From Mycobacterium phage Auspice, in the sequence record OR253916.1: DNA of 24,000 nucleotides; one strand, given 5' to 3'. Below are positions 23,306 to 24,000 of the stretch, piece by piece; the first letter of the stretch is position 1; each line of letters begins with the position of its first letter. Under the pieces are notes generated by a model. That model was not told the DNA's origin, made no database searches, and worked only from the letters and a program-made list of their open reading frames with translations. A program made the position numbers and the translations under genes.

Positions 23306-23532
23306 GCGGTTTGCTGTTTCCGCTGGGGATCTTCATCGGCGCGCTATCCGGCAGCCTGTCAACGTCATTCCTCACAGCTCGCCGCAACCGGAACCGCGCC
23401 CCCCGGCATGAGCACGTGTGGGGTGAGTGGGAGGACTGTCGGATCACGCCCCACAATTCTCAGCCGGAATCGGGGCAGCGCCGCAGGTGCGTTACCTGCA
23501 ACTACAAGGAAGTTCGGAAGGTGTTCTCTTGA
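23302..23532 (+). CDS. small membrane protein with CxxC-type motif
   Basis: MSGLLFPLGIFIGALSGSLSTSFLTARR… RRRCVTCNYKEVRKVFS. Confidence 0.6.
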   Translation: MSGLLFPLGIFIGALSGSLSTSFLTARRNRNRAPRHEHVWGEWEDCRITPHNSQPESGQRRRCVTCNYKEVRKVFS

Positions 23533-24000
23533 GCCGTCGCGTTCTCATCACCGGCAGCCGGGACTGGGCTGACCGTCAAGCCGTGTGGCTGGCGCTGAAT
23601 CACGAGATGGGCCACGAGGAGGCTCGCCATGATGGCCTGCTGGTCATCCAGGGTGACTGCCCCACTGGGGCCGACAGGTTCGCCCACGAGTGGTACCTGA
23701 CGCAGGCGTCGAAGTGGGTGCGGGAGAAGGCGATGCCTGCCGATTGGAACCGCGACTGCACCGGTCAGTGCTACCACAAGCCACGGTTCAAGAACGGCAA
23801 GCAGTACTGCCCAGTCGCGGGACACCTGCGGAACCAGGCGATGGTCGACTTCGGTGCTGACGTGTGTCTCGCGTTCCCTCTTGAGGATTCGCGCGGCACG
23901 CAGGACTGCATGAAGCGGGCGAAGCGGGCCAGGATTCCTGTCCGCAACCTGGGCTGGGGCGGGGAGCGTTGCCTGCCCAACATCGGTTACCACAGCGAGC
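23529..24000 (+). CDS. SLOG/DUF2493-like protein (partial, runs off window)
   Basis: TTG start; RVLITGSRDWADRQAVWLAL…LLVIQGDCPTGADRFAHEWYL. Confidence 0.75.
   Translation, partial: MSRRVLITGSRDWADRQAVWLALNHEMGHEEARHDGLLVIQGDCPTGADRFAHEWYLTQASKWVREKAMPADWNRDCTGQCYHKPRFKNGKQYCPVAGHLRNQAMVDFGADVCLAFPLEDSRGTQDCMKRAKRARIPVRNLGWGGERCLPNIGYHSE

Overview
This 24 kb window looks like an early/middle-region segment of a tRNA-rich, tailed actinobacteriophage. All supported genes are on the + strand. The combination of roughly two dozen tRNAs, a tmRNA, an RtcB-like ligase, WhiB-like genes and repeated intergenic motifs recalls Cluster M mycobacteriophages (Bongo/PegLeg/Rey), but that placement is inference from memory and not a database result. 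The left part (1-12.7 kb) encodes SSB, DnaB-like helicase, two WhiB-like proteins, a resolvase-like protein, several HNH/EndoVII nucleases, a DnaQ-like exonuclease, a Cys-phosphatase and many small ORFs. The middle (12.7-18.8 kb) is an RNA island. It holds tRNAs covering, by my manual folding, all 20 amino-acid isotypes, plus a tmRNA and a class Ib NrdF gene. It also has unexplained, clearly structured non-tRNA segments: GNRA-type hairpins, a 10-bp long-range helix and an H-type pseudoknot. The right part encodes RtcB, an SPFH/band-7 protein, a MazG-like protein, a P-loop protein and a SLOG-like protein. The most interesting items are the structured RNAs at 13571-13806 and 13881-14207, a possible permuted/split tRNA at 13446-13576, tRNAs with non-canonical T-loops, a mycobacterial rrn-type NusA-binding sequence (AGAACTCAATAG) just ahead of the tmRNA, and a CTGTAATC/GATTACAG motif family that changes orientation across the window. 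All folds were made by eye and need Infernal/tRNAscan-SE/R-scape and RNA-seq confirmation.
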